From: a virus
Lineage: Duplodnaviria; Caudoviricetes
Length of the DNA stretch: 58,639 nt
Virus record (IMG/VR): IMGVR_UViG_3300025997_000012
Coordinates: 1 to 58,639 of that record
Strand: one strand, 5' to 3'
Within the stretch, counting starts at the first letter, position 1; each line of letters begins with the position of its first letter. Under the pieces are notes generated by a model. The model worked only from the letters and a program-made list of their open reading frames with translations. It did not search any database and was not told where the DNA came from. This document shows, in pieces, positions 10,482 through 20,112 of the stretch. The position numbers and the translations under genes are program-made.

Positions 10482-11588
10482 ATGGAACAAATTATTGACA
10501 TAAAGAATCTTGTCACGCCCAAGTCACAGGAGAAGATATTTTTTGGTAAGTATTCATCTTTTCAAAGATATGATAATCCTACATATAAATTTGCAGTCGA
10601 TATGGAAGAAAAGCAGCGTAATTCGTTTTGGAATCCTAACGAAATATCGATGAATACTGATTCACAGAAGTTTTTCGATATGCCACAATTTGCACAAGAT
10701 GTAATGGTGCGCATATGGTTATTTCAGACTTTGATGGATTCAGGTCAGAATAAAGGATTAGAAGAAGTAATTTCGGAGTTGTGTACTAACCCTGAATTCG
10801 AAGCAATGTTCAAAACATGGGGTTATTTTGAATTAATACATTCATTGTCTTATTCACATTTATTGCGTGGTATCTTTTCTGATGCTAGTGTAATTTTTGA
10901 TAAAATCGGTGAATATCCGGAAATCCAGCATCGTATTGATAAAGAAATTGATTTATATTCAAGAGTGAAAAATATTAATTCTTTAGATACATTAGAAGAA
11001 AAGAAAAAATTAGTTCTTGAATTATTAGTGAATATATTTACACTTGAAGGTATTAAATTTTACATTAGTTTTTTAGTAACTTATGTTATAAATAATGCTT
11101 ATAATTCAAAAATTCCTGGTGCAACTAGAATTATTAAACTTATTAATTTCGATGAAGATTTACATACTAACATGGGTATGGGTACATTAAACATTCTTAA
11201 AAAAGAAACATCAGAAGGATTTTCTGAATTAATAAATTCACAATGGTACGACGATATGGTTAAATATACATTAATGCGCACATATGAAGATGAATTATCA
11301 TGGGCTGATTACTTATTATCATTGGGAGATATTCCTACATTAACCAAACCTGTTGTTGATAATTTCTTAAAATATTATGTTGATTTAAGAGGTACACAGC
11401 TTGGTCAAGATAAGATTTTTAATCAAGAAAAAACAGATGTTGTACAATGGTTCGAATCATATAAAGATTTGAATAAAGATAATAGTGCTTTACAAGAATC
11501 TGATTTAGCTGTTTATAGTATTGGTATTTTGAAAAATGATGTTCCAGATGGTGTATTTAATTTAGATTTTTTAAAGGATAATAAATGA
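10482..11588 (+). CDS. nrdB: Ribonucleotide reductase class Ia beta subunit
   Basis: FW.PNEI, ELIHSLSYSH, LEGIKFY.SF, DEDLH iron ligands, C-terminal QE....Y. Confidence 0.95.
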   Translation: MEQIIDIKNLVTPKSQEKIFFGKYSSFQRYDNPTYKFAVDMEEKQRNSFWNPNEISMNTDSQKFFDMPQFAQDVMVRIWLFQTLMDSGQNKGLEEVISELCTNPEFEAMFKTWGYFELIHSLSYSHLLRGIFSDASVIFDKIGEYPEIQHRIDKEIDLYSRVKNINSLDTLEEKKKLVLELLVNIFTLEGIKFYISFLVTYVINNAYNSKIPGATRIIKLINFDEDLHTNMGMGTLNILKKETSEGFSELINSQWYDDMVKYTLMRTYEDELSWADYLLSLGDIPTLTKPVVDNFLKYYVDLRGTQLGQDKIFNQEKTDVVQWFESYKDLNKDNSALQESDLAVYSIGILKNDVPDGVFNLDFLKDNK

Positions 11589-13975
11589 AAAAAGATACAA
11601 AAAAAGATACAAAAAAAGATACAAAAAATGCAAGAAGATATAATAAATTATCACTAGATAATTTATTAAATGCAGTACAATCAAAAGAAAAAATCGATAT
11701 CAGTAATCAAGATGCAATAAAAGCAAACAAAATTACTATCATCAAACGTTCTGGTAAAAAGGAACCATTTAATCCAGAAAAACTTAGAAAAGTATGTCTA
11801 TGGGCTACTAATAATAATGAACATTTCGCTGATGAATTAATTCGTGATACTGAAATCAAACTTCACAAAGAAATCCATATTAAAGACATGTTTCAACAAT
11901 TAATTGTAACTGCGGTTAATAAAATTTCTATGCTTTATCCAGTTTGGGAAGATTATGCTGCTAAATTACAATTAATGTCTATATATAAAGAAACATATAA
12001 TGTTAACACGACGAATGAATATCCACATATCAGAGAGATTCTTGATAAAGGTCTTGAATACAAAATTTATGACAAAAAAACAATAAACAATTATTCTGAT
12101 AAAGAAATTGAACAAATTAATGATATTATTCAACCAGAACGTGATTTTCTTTTCAATTATAAAGGACTTGTAACATTTTTCGATAAATACTGCTTGAATT
12201 ATACAAAAACAAGAAAACTCGAATTACCTCAACATACTTATATGCGTGTAGCTATGGCTTTAATGGTAAATGAATCAAATAGAATCGAAAAAATAAAAAA
12301 ATTATATAACGCTATATCATTACACTGTATTACTGAAGCCACACCAATTATGCTTAATACATTAACACCTGGTCAACAATTAAGCTCATGTGTACTGAAT
12401 AAAGTAGATGATGATTCACATAGTATTCTTGATACTGGTAAAAACCTTGGGATTTATTCAAAATATAAAGGTGGTACAGCATTGGATATTTCTGCTTTAA
12501 GAGCTAAAGGTGGATATATCGAAGGGACTCAAGGTTATAGTTCTGGGCCTGTTCCTTTCGTTAAAAACTTTGAATCTATCATGAAAGCATGGAACCAAGG
12601 TGGTAAACGTCCTGGTGCATTAGCAATTTACTTCAATTGGTGGCATCTAGATATAAGTGACTTGTTATCATTGAAATCAAATGGTGGTACAGATGACAAC
12701 AGGGCCCGTGGTTTAAAGTATGCATTGAAACTTAATAGATATTTTGTTGATGCATTTATTAATGATAACGATGTTGTATTATTCGACCCTAAAGATGTAC
12801 CTGATCTAATAGGTAAAGTTGGTACTGAATTTGAAAAAATTTATGTAAAATACATTAATAAAACATCTATCAGAAGAAAAATTATTTCTGCTCGTGAACT
12901 ATGGAATAAAATATTCAAGGAACGCTCTGAAACTGGTAATATTTACTTATTCCATGAAGAAAATGTTAATGAACAATCACTTTTAAATCGTTATATTGGT
13001 TCAAGCAACTTATGTACAGAAATCGTTTTACCTTCAATTGCATCTAAAGCTATAGATGAAGAATTAGTAACTATGGAAGATGGCTCAAAACGCATTGTTA
13101 AACGTTATGAAGCAGGTGAAATTGCATTATGTAACCTTAGTTCCATCAACCTTGAAAAATGGTTTTATATGAATGAAGAAGAACGAATGGACTTGGTTAG
13201 AACTTGTGTTAGATCATTAGATAACACAGTCGATATTGCGAACTATCCTGTTAAAGAAGGTAAAAATTCTAATCTTATGTATAGATACTTAGGAATTGGT
13301 GTTCTTAATTACACGAATTACTTAGCACTTAAACATATTGTGATTGATTCTAAAGAAGCTGCAGAAGAAACTGATGCTTTATTTGATGATTTATCTTATA
13401 AAATTATTTCTGCTTCAGTTGAATTAGCTATCGAAAAAGGTAAATTTGAAAAATTCTATGAAACTGAATGGGCTCAAGGATTATTACCAATACATAAAGC
13501 TAACAAAAACGCATTTGAATTAACTGATTATGAAGTTGATATGGATAAATGGAATGAACTAGCCGAACGTGTTAAAACATTCGGTATTAGAAATGCTCAA
13601 TTAATGGCAATCGCTCCTACTGCTACAAGTGGTAAAGCTGTTAATGCTATTGAAAGCATTGAACCTATACATGATTTATTCTACAAGGAAGAAGGTACAA
13701 CTACTATCCCAACGGTTGTTCCTAACTTTAGAAAAAATAATATGTATTACAAACGTGCATTTGATTGTGATCAATATGCTTTATTAAGAAACGCGTGTAT
13801 CAGACAAAAATATTATGATCAAGCTCAATCAGTTAATATTAATATCAAACGACCTGATTCATTAAATGATTTAAGTAAATTACACATATATGGGTTTCAT
13901 TATGGTATGAAAACGTTTTATTACTTAAAACAACAAAAAAATACTGATGAAGAAGTTTGTGAAAGCTGTACATAA
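11585..13975 (+). CDS. nrdA: Ribonucleotide reductase class Ia alpha subunit with ATP cone
   Basis: IIKRSG ATP cone, ATP, SSC, NQGGKRPGA, SNLCTEI, APTATS, C-terminal CESCT. Confidence 0.97.
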   Translation: MKKDTKKDTKKDTKNARRYNKLSLDNLLNAVQSKEKIDISNQDAIKANKITIIKRSGKKEPFNPEKLRKVCLWATNNNEHFADELIRDTEIKLHKEIHIKDMFQQLIVTAVNKISMLYPVWEDYAAKLQLMSIYKETYNVNTTNEYPHIREILDKGLEYKIYDKKTINNYSDKEIEQINDIIQPERDFLFNYKGLVTFFDKYCLNYTKTRKLELPQHTYMRVAMALMVNESNRIEKIKKLYNAISLHCITEATPIMLNTLTPGQQLSSCVLNKVDDDSHSILDTGKNLGIYSKYKGGTALDISALRAKGGYIEGTQGYSSGPVPFVKNFESIMKAWNQGGKRPGALAIYFNWWHLDISDLLSLKSNGGTDDNRARGLKYALKLNRYFVDAFINDNDVVLFDPKDVPDLIGKVGTEFEKIYVKYINKTSIRRKIISARELWNKIFKERSETGNIYLFHEENVNEQSLLNRYIGSSNLCTEIVLPSIASKAIDEELVTMEDGSKRIVKRYEAGEIALCNLSSINLEKWFYMNEEERMDLVRTCVRSLDNTVDIANYPVKEGKNSNLMYRYLGIGVLNYTNYLALKHIVIDSKEAAEETDALFDDLSYKIISASVELAIEKGKFEKFYETEWAQGLLPIHKANKNAFELTDYEVDMDKWNELAERVKTFGIRNAQLMAIAPTATSGKAVNAIESIEPIHDLFYKEEGTTTIPTVVPNFRKNNMYYKRAFDCDQYALLRNACIRQKYYDQAQSVNINIKRPDSLNDLSKLHIYGFHYGMKTFYYLKQQKNTDEEVCESCT

Positions 13976-13999
13976 ATGTACATAAAAAAGGAGAATTAA

Positions 14000-14203
14000 A
14001 TGTTATTAAATAATATTGTAAAAATCGATTCAAATGTTTATCTAGTAAATGAACATATTAAAATAATTATCAACGAAGATACATCTGTTACTGCTGATTA
14101 TGATGAAAAATATTATAATGAAGATCAAGTTAATCAGATTATTGATGAAATTTTTGCCGGTGTTAATGAATTATTAAAACAAAAAGCTAAATCAGACAAT
14201 TAA
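14000..14203 (+). CDS. Hypothetical protein
   Basis: ORF with GGAG RBS. Confidence 0.6.
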   Translation: MLLNNIVKIDSNVYLVNEHIKIIINEDTSVTADYDEKYYNEDQVNQIIDEIFAGVNELLKQKAKSDN

Positions 14204-14204
14204 T

Positions 14205-14229
14205 AAAAACCTTTAATTAGGGTTTTTTT
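14205..14229 (+). terminator. Rho-independent terminator
   Basis: AAAAACCT-loop-GGGTTTTTTT after the nrd operon. Confidence 0.65.
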
Positions 14230-14230
14230 A

Positions 14231-14283
14231 GTTTACATATTATGTTTTTATTGTTATAATAAATTCAACAAATAAACAAGAGG
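14231..14283 (+). promoter_or_regulatory. Early promoter cassette
   Basis: TTTACA 14232-14237, 17 bp, TATAAT 14255-14260. Confidence 0.85.
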
Positions 14284-14292
14284 TACAAAATT

Positions 14293-14433
14293 ATGAGTCA
14301 TGTTGAACGTATCGAATTAATTGAGAATTCCACTAAAGAAGAAGCCGAACACTTGATTTACAAATGGATTAAGAAAAGAAAAACTACTAATTCAGAATTA
14401 ATTGAATTATATGCATTAAAAGAGAAAAAATAG
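14293..14433 (+). CDS. Small hypothetical protein, 46 aa (not in ORF track)
   Basis: MSHVERIELIENS... directly after promoter and GAGG. Confidence 0.55.
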   Translation: MSHVERIELIENSTKEEAEHLIYKWIKKRKTTNSELIELYALKEKK

Positions 14434-14495
14434 ATATACATTCCATTATAATTTTGATATAATAATATAGAACAATTAACTGAAGGAAGAATGAT

Positions 14496-14675
14496 ATGAC
14501 TGATATGACTGCAAATACCGTGTTACGTGAAGTTTTAAACAATTATAAAAACTTTGAAGAATATAAAAAAGCTGTTGAATCTGGTGAAGTTACAGTTGAA
14601 GATGTTTTAGGGGATGTTGAGTACTTATTAGAAATGTTTGAATATGCAGAAACTTTAACAGAAGGAGAAGAATAA
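14496..14675 (+). CDS. Small acidic hypothetical protein, 59 aa (not in ORF track)
   Basis: MTDMTANTVLREV...TEGEE, AAGGA upstream. Confidence 0.55.
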   Translation: MTDMTANTVLREVLNNYKNFEEYKKAVESGEVTVEDVLGDVEYLLEMFEYAETLTEGEE

Positions 14676-14677
14676 TT

Positions 14678-15163
14678 ATGTTTTTAAAACCAAGCTATAT
14701 TTTGTCTAGTGAACTAACAAGAAAAATGGATATAAGTATGGCGTTCATTTCAACACTTAAGAATAAGTTTGATTATGAAGATGACATGTCGTCAATCGTG
14801 AAATTAGGTAATTGTACTTTTATTAATACAGCATCTAATAAATTACCTCAAAATATTAAGAATGGTATTGCTAATAATACATTTACACCAATGTACAATA
14901 AATTACCATGCAGTTATGCTCGTGAAGAATATACTTTATCTGATAGAAATTGGATGAATTCAGGTATTGTTAAATGTAAGTTAACTATAGAAGGAAAACA
15001 ATTTTATGAATTCACTGACGAATTTGTTCAAAATATTAAGGGAAAAATTGCTTATGTACTCGATAAACAGAAAACTCAAGAGTGTTTTGAAAAAAATCAA
15101 ATAGACGGTTTTTTAAAAATTTCAAATAATAAATACTTAACATGGTACAAACTTCATGAATAA
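14678..15163 (+). CDS. Hypothetical protein
   Basis: 161-aa ORF with GGAG RBS. Confidence 0.65.
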   Translation: MFLKPSYILSSELTRKMDISMAFISTLKNKFDYEDDMSSIVKLGNCTFINTASNKLPQNIKNGIANNTFTPMYNKLPCSYAREEYTLSDRNWMNSGIVKCKLTIEGKQFYEFTDEFVQNIKGKIAYVLDKQKTQECFEKNQIDGFLKISNNKYLTWYKLHE

Positions 15164-15674
15164 TATTAATATCTTATCTAAAAAACAAACTAAAAAACTC
15201 ATTAATTCATTATCGAAAACAAAGCAAAAAAGGATTAAATGGGACAAACGTTACATTGCCGCAGCTAAATTAATCTCTACATGGTCTTCAGACCCTTCTA
15301 CACAAGTTGGTGCTTTAATCGTAGGTGGAAAAGGTCAAATCGTATCACAAGGTTATAACGGGTTTCCACGAAATATTGATGATTCAGAAGAACGTTATGC
15401 TAATCGCGAAGTGAAATACAAATATATTTGTCATGCTGAAATGAATGCAATTTATAATGCAGTACATAATAATACACCAACTAAAGATTGTGACATTTAT
15501 GTATATGGTTTACCAATCTGTCACGAATGTGCAAAAGCTATTATTCAAGTTGGCATTAAAACAGTATACATGGCAGATGTAGGAGATGCACGTTGGAATG
15601 AATCTTGTGATTTAGCTAAAGATATGCTTAAAGAAGCTGGTGTTAAATTTAAAACAATTAAATGTACAAAATGA
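15156..15674 (+). CDS. cd: dCMP deaminase
   Basis: S.DPSTQVGA, GYNGFP, HAEMNAI, PICHECAKAIIQ.GI zinc motifs. Confidence 0.95.
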   Translation: MNNINILSKKQTKKLINSLSKTKQKRIKWDKRYIAAAKLISTWSSDPSTQVGALIVGGKGQIVSQGYNGFPRNIDDSEERYANREVKYKYICHAEMNAIYNAVHNNTPTKDCDIYVYGLPICHECAKAIIQVGIKTVYMADVGDARWNESCDLAKDMLKEAGVKFKTIKCTK

Positions 15675-16267
15675 TTATTTTAATTAATGGTAAGAAACGT
15701 TCAGGCAAAGATCATTTTGCTAAATTATTATCAAATGAACTTCATAAACTTCATAAAACAACTGAAATCATGTCGTTTGCAGACCCAATTAAAGAAATTA
15801 TAGCGTGTACTTTGGGTATTAACATTAAAGAACTTGATATATATAAAAATAACGAAAATTATACTGCTGCTATTTGTCGTGAATTTAATTTTGCTAGTAT
15901 TAAACATGTTAAAAGTATTAGAACCGTGATTCAAACATTTGGTACTGAAGCAATGCAAAACGTGTTTGGTAAAGATGTTTGGGTAAATAAGCTTTATGAA
16001 AGAAGTAAAAAATCAAAAGCTGATGTTATTATTGTACCAGACTTTAGATTTTTACATGAAAAAATTAGTCAATTTACAATTAACATTATCGATAATAATA
16101 TTAAGTCAGAAGATTCTCACGCATCGGAAAATAGTTTAGATGACTTTGATTTTAAATACGTTATTGATAATACCGGGCATCCTGATCTAACACAAGAAGC
16201 CAGAATTTTGGCTGAATTATTTTCTGATGCTGATAATATGATGTTACATATGGATACATTTTTTTAA
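15662..16267 (+). CDS. Deoxynucleoside monophosphate kinase (T4 gp1-like)
   Basis: GKKRSGKD, SFADPIK, Q.FGTE, PDFRF..E, H.SE motifs. Confidence 0.85.
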   Translation: MYKMIILINGKKRSGKDHFAKLLSNELHKLHKTTEIMSFADPIKEIIACTLGINIKELDIYKNNENYTAAICREFNFASIKHVKSIRTVIQTFGTEAMQNVFGKDVWVNKLYERSKKSKADVIIVPDFRFLHEKISQFTINIIDNNIKSEDSHASENSLDDFDFKYVIDNTGHPDLTQEARILAELFSDADNMMLHMDTFF

Positions 16268-16312
16268 AGACTAATAAATCATTGTAAATCCAACATTATC
16301 AACAATAATAAT

Positions 16313-16636
16313 TTATTTTAAGTCTTTTGATATATTAAAAATGATGGTTTTGATATTTTTTTCAAAGTCATTTACTAATTTATCTATATCCTTTGAATGT
16401 TTTTGCATTACAGTTTTCCAGATTTTTTCTAAATCTTTTTCATCAGCATCGTATTCTTTTTTAAATGTTTCTAATGATGGAAGTTTCGGTAATACTTGAG
16501 ATGCTTCAATATTCAATCTCATTAAATTATTATTCAAATCTTTTTGTAATCTAAGAATAATTAAATCACTCTCTACAATAATCCCACTATTCTGTACATC
16601 ACGTTTTTCAGTTAAAATTTGCTTTATAAATGACAT
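16313..16636 (-). CDS. Putative late virion-internal protein
   Basis: TATAAATA on minus strand at 16664-16671; N-terminus MSFIKQILTE resembles T4 capsid-targeting/gp21 cleavage leaders. Confidence 0.55.
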   Translation of the reverse strand: MSFIKQILTEKRDVQNSGIIVESDLIILRLQKDLNNNLMRLNIEASQVLPKLPSLETFKKEYDADEKDLEKIWKTVMQKHSKDIDKLVNDFEKNIKTIIFNISKDLK

Positions 16637-16672
16637 TTTATTTCCTTTTTAAAAATATTATATTATTTATAT

Positions 16673-16863
16673 TAATAACGTGTTTAATAATAGAATTTAT
16701 GTGTTATTTATGTTTCAATAAAAATAATAATTTGAATTGATAATAACGTGTTTAATAATAGAATTTATGTGTTATTTATGTTTCAATAAAAATAATAATT
16801 TGAATTGATAATAACGTGTTTAATAATAGAATTTATGTGTTATTTATGTTTTTCTGAAAATAA
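16673..16863. repeat. 68-bp tandem repeat, two full copies plus a partial third
   Basis: TAATAACGTGTTTAATAATAGAATTTATGTGTTATTTATGTTT... starts at 16673, 16741, 16809. Confidence 0.95.
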
Positions 16864-16935
16864 TATGATGGAAAGAATAGAAATATTATGTTTTTTTAGA
16901 TTTTAAATAGAATAAAAGCCTCTGCGAGGCCTTAA

Positions 16936-19194
16936 TTAGAATACCATTTTTTGTATTTGAGTTATATTTCTTGAAGGATGTAAACCTTGATCTTTAGAAA
17001 TAATAGTATCAGCTTCTTCTGGTGTAAGAACAAATTGATCTTTATTAATACATTTTTTTAAGCATTTATTCATCGATAATAAACTTTTATTATTTTTGAT
17101 TTCTTCTAATACTTCATTAATAGTACCGGATGCTAATAATGATTTACTTGTTAAAGTTTTATTCATAACGACAGCTTCCATTTTATTGAAATTGATATAG
17201 AATCCTAATTGACTTCTAGAATCTTTATTTTCGATTTTAACAGCGTAATCAACTGTAGACAAATCAACAGACACTTTATGTGAATTAGTTCTAGTCATTT
17301 TGTTTTTAGCATCAATAACTTCAATAAAGAAGTATGTATCTAGTTTATCCATTGATGCTCCACTGAATGAAACAACATGGTTATACACTAAATCATAATC
17401 TTGTACTTTACTTAAATCGATGTCAATACATTCTGTACTAAATGCATCACTTCTACAGTATGTAATATCACCTGACGAAACACCTACATTATGGATGTGA
17501 GGAGATCGCCAGCTTAATTCATCAAAAGAACCACTGTAATCGTCATAGCCTTTTTTATGAAACATTGATGATAAATCTAAATCTGTGCTAATTGAACCTT
17601 TCCACATAATACCAGTTCTGATAATTTTAGATTCATCTAATTTGATTTTGGCACCTGAATACAAAATTTCACCAGATAAAGAAATTGATTGGTTACTTCT
17701 ATCTGAAAACGGAATAACAACATTTTTAGTGTCAGGAGAAACATATACTTTACCTAATTGTACATTTTCAGCACGTTTTTTAGACTTAATAGTATTACTG
17801 ATTAATGTTTTAACTTGTTTACATAATTTTTTGTTAAGACCTAAATAAGGTGCATTATATTCATATTTTACAACTTTACCTTGGACAGTTCTTTCAGTCG
17901 TTGAGATATAGTTATTTTTATCTTCAAGTTGGACAATTAATTCCCATAACAGTTTAGTATTGCAACTCATTAATAATCTTTTAAAGTCATCAGATGCTAA
18001 ATATTCACTTGCATCTTTAACAATATAACGATCAATTTTCAATATATTATTCATTGTATTCTTAACTAAACCAATCTTTACAGGAAATGTTGAACCTTCA
18101 GTCATTCGTAAGAATTCTAAAAGATTTCTCATTAAAAATCCTGGGCGTTCTGCAGCAACGTGAATCGCTTTATCATAATCACCCGATAATTTAGCTGTTT
18201 CATAACGTGAATTAAATGTCCATGATGTATTATTATTATACAACAATTCAATCATTTTAGCATAAGAGTTGTACTTAGTATTTCGTTTTGTTACAGGTTC
18301 CCACATTAAATAACGAACGATTCTTTTCCAGAATTGTCTATATTTAAGCATATCTTCAGCCGCATTTTGAACGTTCATTCCATTTAACACGTTTACTAAT
18401 AACTTACGCGCTGATTTAGGAATATATAATTTAATAGAACGTAAATCATTTTTATCGAACTTGCCTGTAATCTCAGGACTACTAAAATCTGACAAAACTA
18501 ACCGAACAATATCAGTTGGGTTTTTTAAGTATTTAGATGCAAGTAATGTGTCTGATTCTTTAATGCATCTTGAAATAACGATATTTTTTGTTTCATTAAA
18601 TGTAATATAAGCATCATTTGATACGAACTGTAGTACACCATAAGGAACACTGTTAATTAGTTCAATTTCGTGTTTATTTAATGAACGTGTTGATTCAAGA
18701 ATATTTTTAATTAATGCTTCGAATTCAAATGATGTATACAATGTAACTTCTTTTGGTTCTTTGTTCTTATTAATGTTAATAACATTTTTCAACTTGTTAC
18801 CAAAATAGTTCTTAACTACATCTTCAGGGGTTTCGCCGAAGTATGACTCAAATACATTACTCCATCCATAAGTTAATGAATATTGTGCATAAATAGCTTC
18901 AAAGTCTTTAGTAGTATATCCTTCGATACCTTCACTAGTTAAAAATTCAATACGGAAAATAGTACCAGTTTTTGTACTTGTATTTTGAACATTACACAAT
19001 GTAGTAAGCATATCCTTAGCAGTATCTTCAGTCATACTAACTAACGCTGATGCATTTTTAACAGTAATATTTATTTCAGATAATTGAGCAAAAACATTTA
19101 ATAATGCTTCTTTAGATATAGTAGCTTCAGATGGGTTTGCATCTTTGATTAAGATACCAGAGAACCCACCGAATAATAATTTATTTAATTTCAT
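16936..19194 (-). CDS. Large helical protein with C-terminal TerD-like domain (putative Ro/TROVE-like-TerD fusion)
   Basis: C-terminal W....DLDLS, SSGDIT, E.IDIDL, V.SFSG are TerD-like; N-terminal region has TDIVRL and ERPG.LMRNL. Confidence 0.6.
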   Translation of the reverse strand: MKLNKLLFGGFSGILIKDANPSEATISKEALLNVFAQLSEINITVKNASALVSMTEDTAKDMLTTLCNVQNTSTKTGTIFRIEFLTSEGIEGYTTKDFEAIYAQYSLTYGWSNVFESYFGETPEDVVKNYFGNKLKNVININKNKEPKEVTLYTSFEFEALIKNILESTRSLNKHEIELINSVPYGVLQFVSNDAYITFNETKNIVISRCIKESDTLLASKYLKNPTDIVRLVLSDFSSPEITGKFDKNDLRSIKLYIPKSARKLLVNVLNGMNVQNAAEDMLKYRQFWKRIVRYLMWEPVTKRNTKYNSYAKMIELLYNNNTSWTFNSRYETAKLSGDYDKAIHVAAERPGFLMRNLLEFLRMTEGSTFPVKIGLVKNTMNNILKIDRYIVKDASEYLASDDFKRLLMSCNTKLLWELIVQLEDKNNYISTTERTVQGKVVKYEYNAPYLGLNKKLCKQVKTLISNTIKSKKRAENVQLGKVYVSPDTKNVVIPFSDRSNQSISLSGEILYSGAKIKLDESKIIRTGIMWKGSISTDLDLSSMFHKKGYDDYSGSFDELSWRSPHIHNVGVSSGDITYCRSDAFSTECIDIDLSKVQDYDLVYNHVVSFSGASMDKLDTYFFIEVIDAKNKMTRTNSHKVSVDLSTVDYAVKIENKDSRSQLGFYINFNKMEAVVMNKTLTSKSLLASGTINEVLEEIKNNKSLLSMNKCLKKCINKDQFVLTPEEADTIISKDQGLHPSRNITQIQKMVF

Positions 19195-19218
19195 TTCATT
19201 TTCCTTCTATTAAAAGTG

Positions 19219-19466
19219 TTTTATTTTTAAAGAACTTTGAGTATGTACAACAGTCATTGATTAAATTAAAAGTTTAAGAGTAACCGTTAATTGGACCCAA
19301 AGTTCTTTAAAAATAAAATTTAGTATGTACAACAGTTATTGATTAAATTAAAAGTTTAAGAGTAACCGTTAATTGGACCAAATTTTATTTTAATATATAC
19401 TTAAGTTTGTGTGTCAGTTTTTAGTCATTAACTGATTTATAGAGTAAATAAACACGGAACATAAGT
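19219..19466 (-). ncRNA. Candidate array of structured RNA hairpin units upstream of the TerD-like gene
   Basis: 58-nt core repeated at 19240-19297 and 19322-19379 (1 mismatch), each closed by its own inverted repeat (21 bp and 12 bp); a diverged third unit at about 19399-19466. Confidence 0.55.
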
Positions 19467-19578
19467 TTTATTTATACTTAGATTTAATTATTTAATAGAA
19501 TTGTGCATCTGATTCAAAGTATCTAAACATAAGATTTACATTTTAATTAATGTTTAATTAATAATTAAATTAATCATT

Positions 19579-20040
19579 TTATTTTTCGTAATATTCAGGA
19601 ATTAAATCCAATCCTTTCATCAATGACTGTTTAACGAAAACATTAGGCTGTCTATAAGCACCTAAATCCTCGAAACCAATCATAGTACCAACTTCTACAA
19701 CTGCACCAGAACGGCATACACCAGCGATACAGTGTACAACTACATTCATTTTATTTGCTTTAGCATGTTGTAATAAGTTAACAATACTTGCACATTGTTC
19801 GGTATTCATTCTGAATTCCCACGCAATATCAATTTCATTGTCTACATCAGCGAAGGTAAATTGATGAATTTCTTTGAACTCATTATATGGCTTCATAGTA
19901 GATAAACAGCATGTACAATTTTCATATGGAATAGGAAACTCTATACAAGGATCAACAATCTGAATCAACATAGAATTCTTTCCTGGATTAGGAAAATTAC
20001 CATGTTTAATATCATAAAATGATACATTTGTTATCCACAT
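19579..20040 (-). CDS. Protein tyrosine/dual-specificity phosphatase-like protein
   Basis: VVVHCIAGVCRSGAV (HCxxGxxRS), F.D acid loop, PN motif. Confidence 0.85.
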   Translation of the reverse strand: MWITNVSFYDIKHGNFPNPGKNSMLIQIVDPCIEFPIPYENCTCCLSTMKPYNEFKEIHQFTFADVDNEIDIAWEFRMNTEQCASIVNLLQHAKANKMNVVVHCIAGVCRSGAVVEVGTMIGFEDLGAYRQPNVFVKQSLMKGLDLIPEYYEK

Positions 20041-20048
20041 TTTATTAA

Positions 20049-20112
20049 TCCTTTTGTTTATTTGTTAAATTTATTATAACTATTAAAACATAACATGTAA
20101 ATGGTTATTTTC
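20049..20112 (-). promoter_or_regulatory. Early promoter cassette
   Basis: Reverse complement gives TTTACA-spacer-TATAAT...AACAAATAAACAAAAGGA. Confidence 0.8.

Noticed and set aside
11588-11628. KKDT x3 repeat at the NrdA N-terminus as a functional element
   Set aside because: Simple 12-bp slippage in a probably disordered leader before the ATP cone
10482-13975. Introns or inteins in nrdA/nrdB (also thyA)
   Set aside because: Frames are continuous and of normal length with no intein motifs
16673-16863. CRISPR array
   Set aside because: Copies are contiguous and identical with no unique spacers; no cas genes
19240-19379. Mini-CRISPR array
   Set aside because: Repeat is 58 nt, and the 24-nt intervening sequence is made of the inverted-repeat arms rather than a foreign spacer
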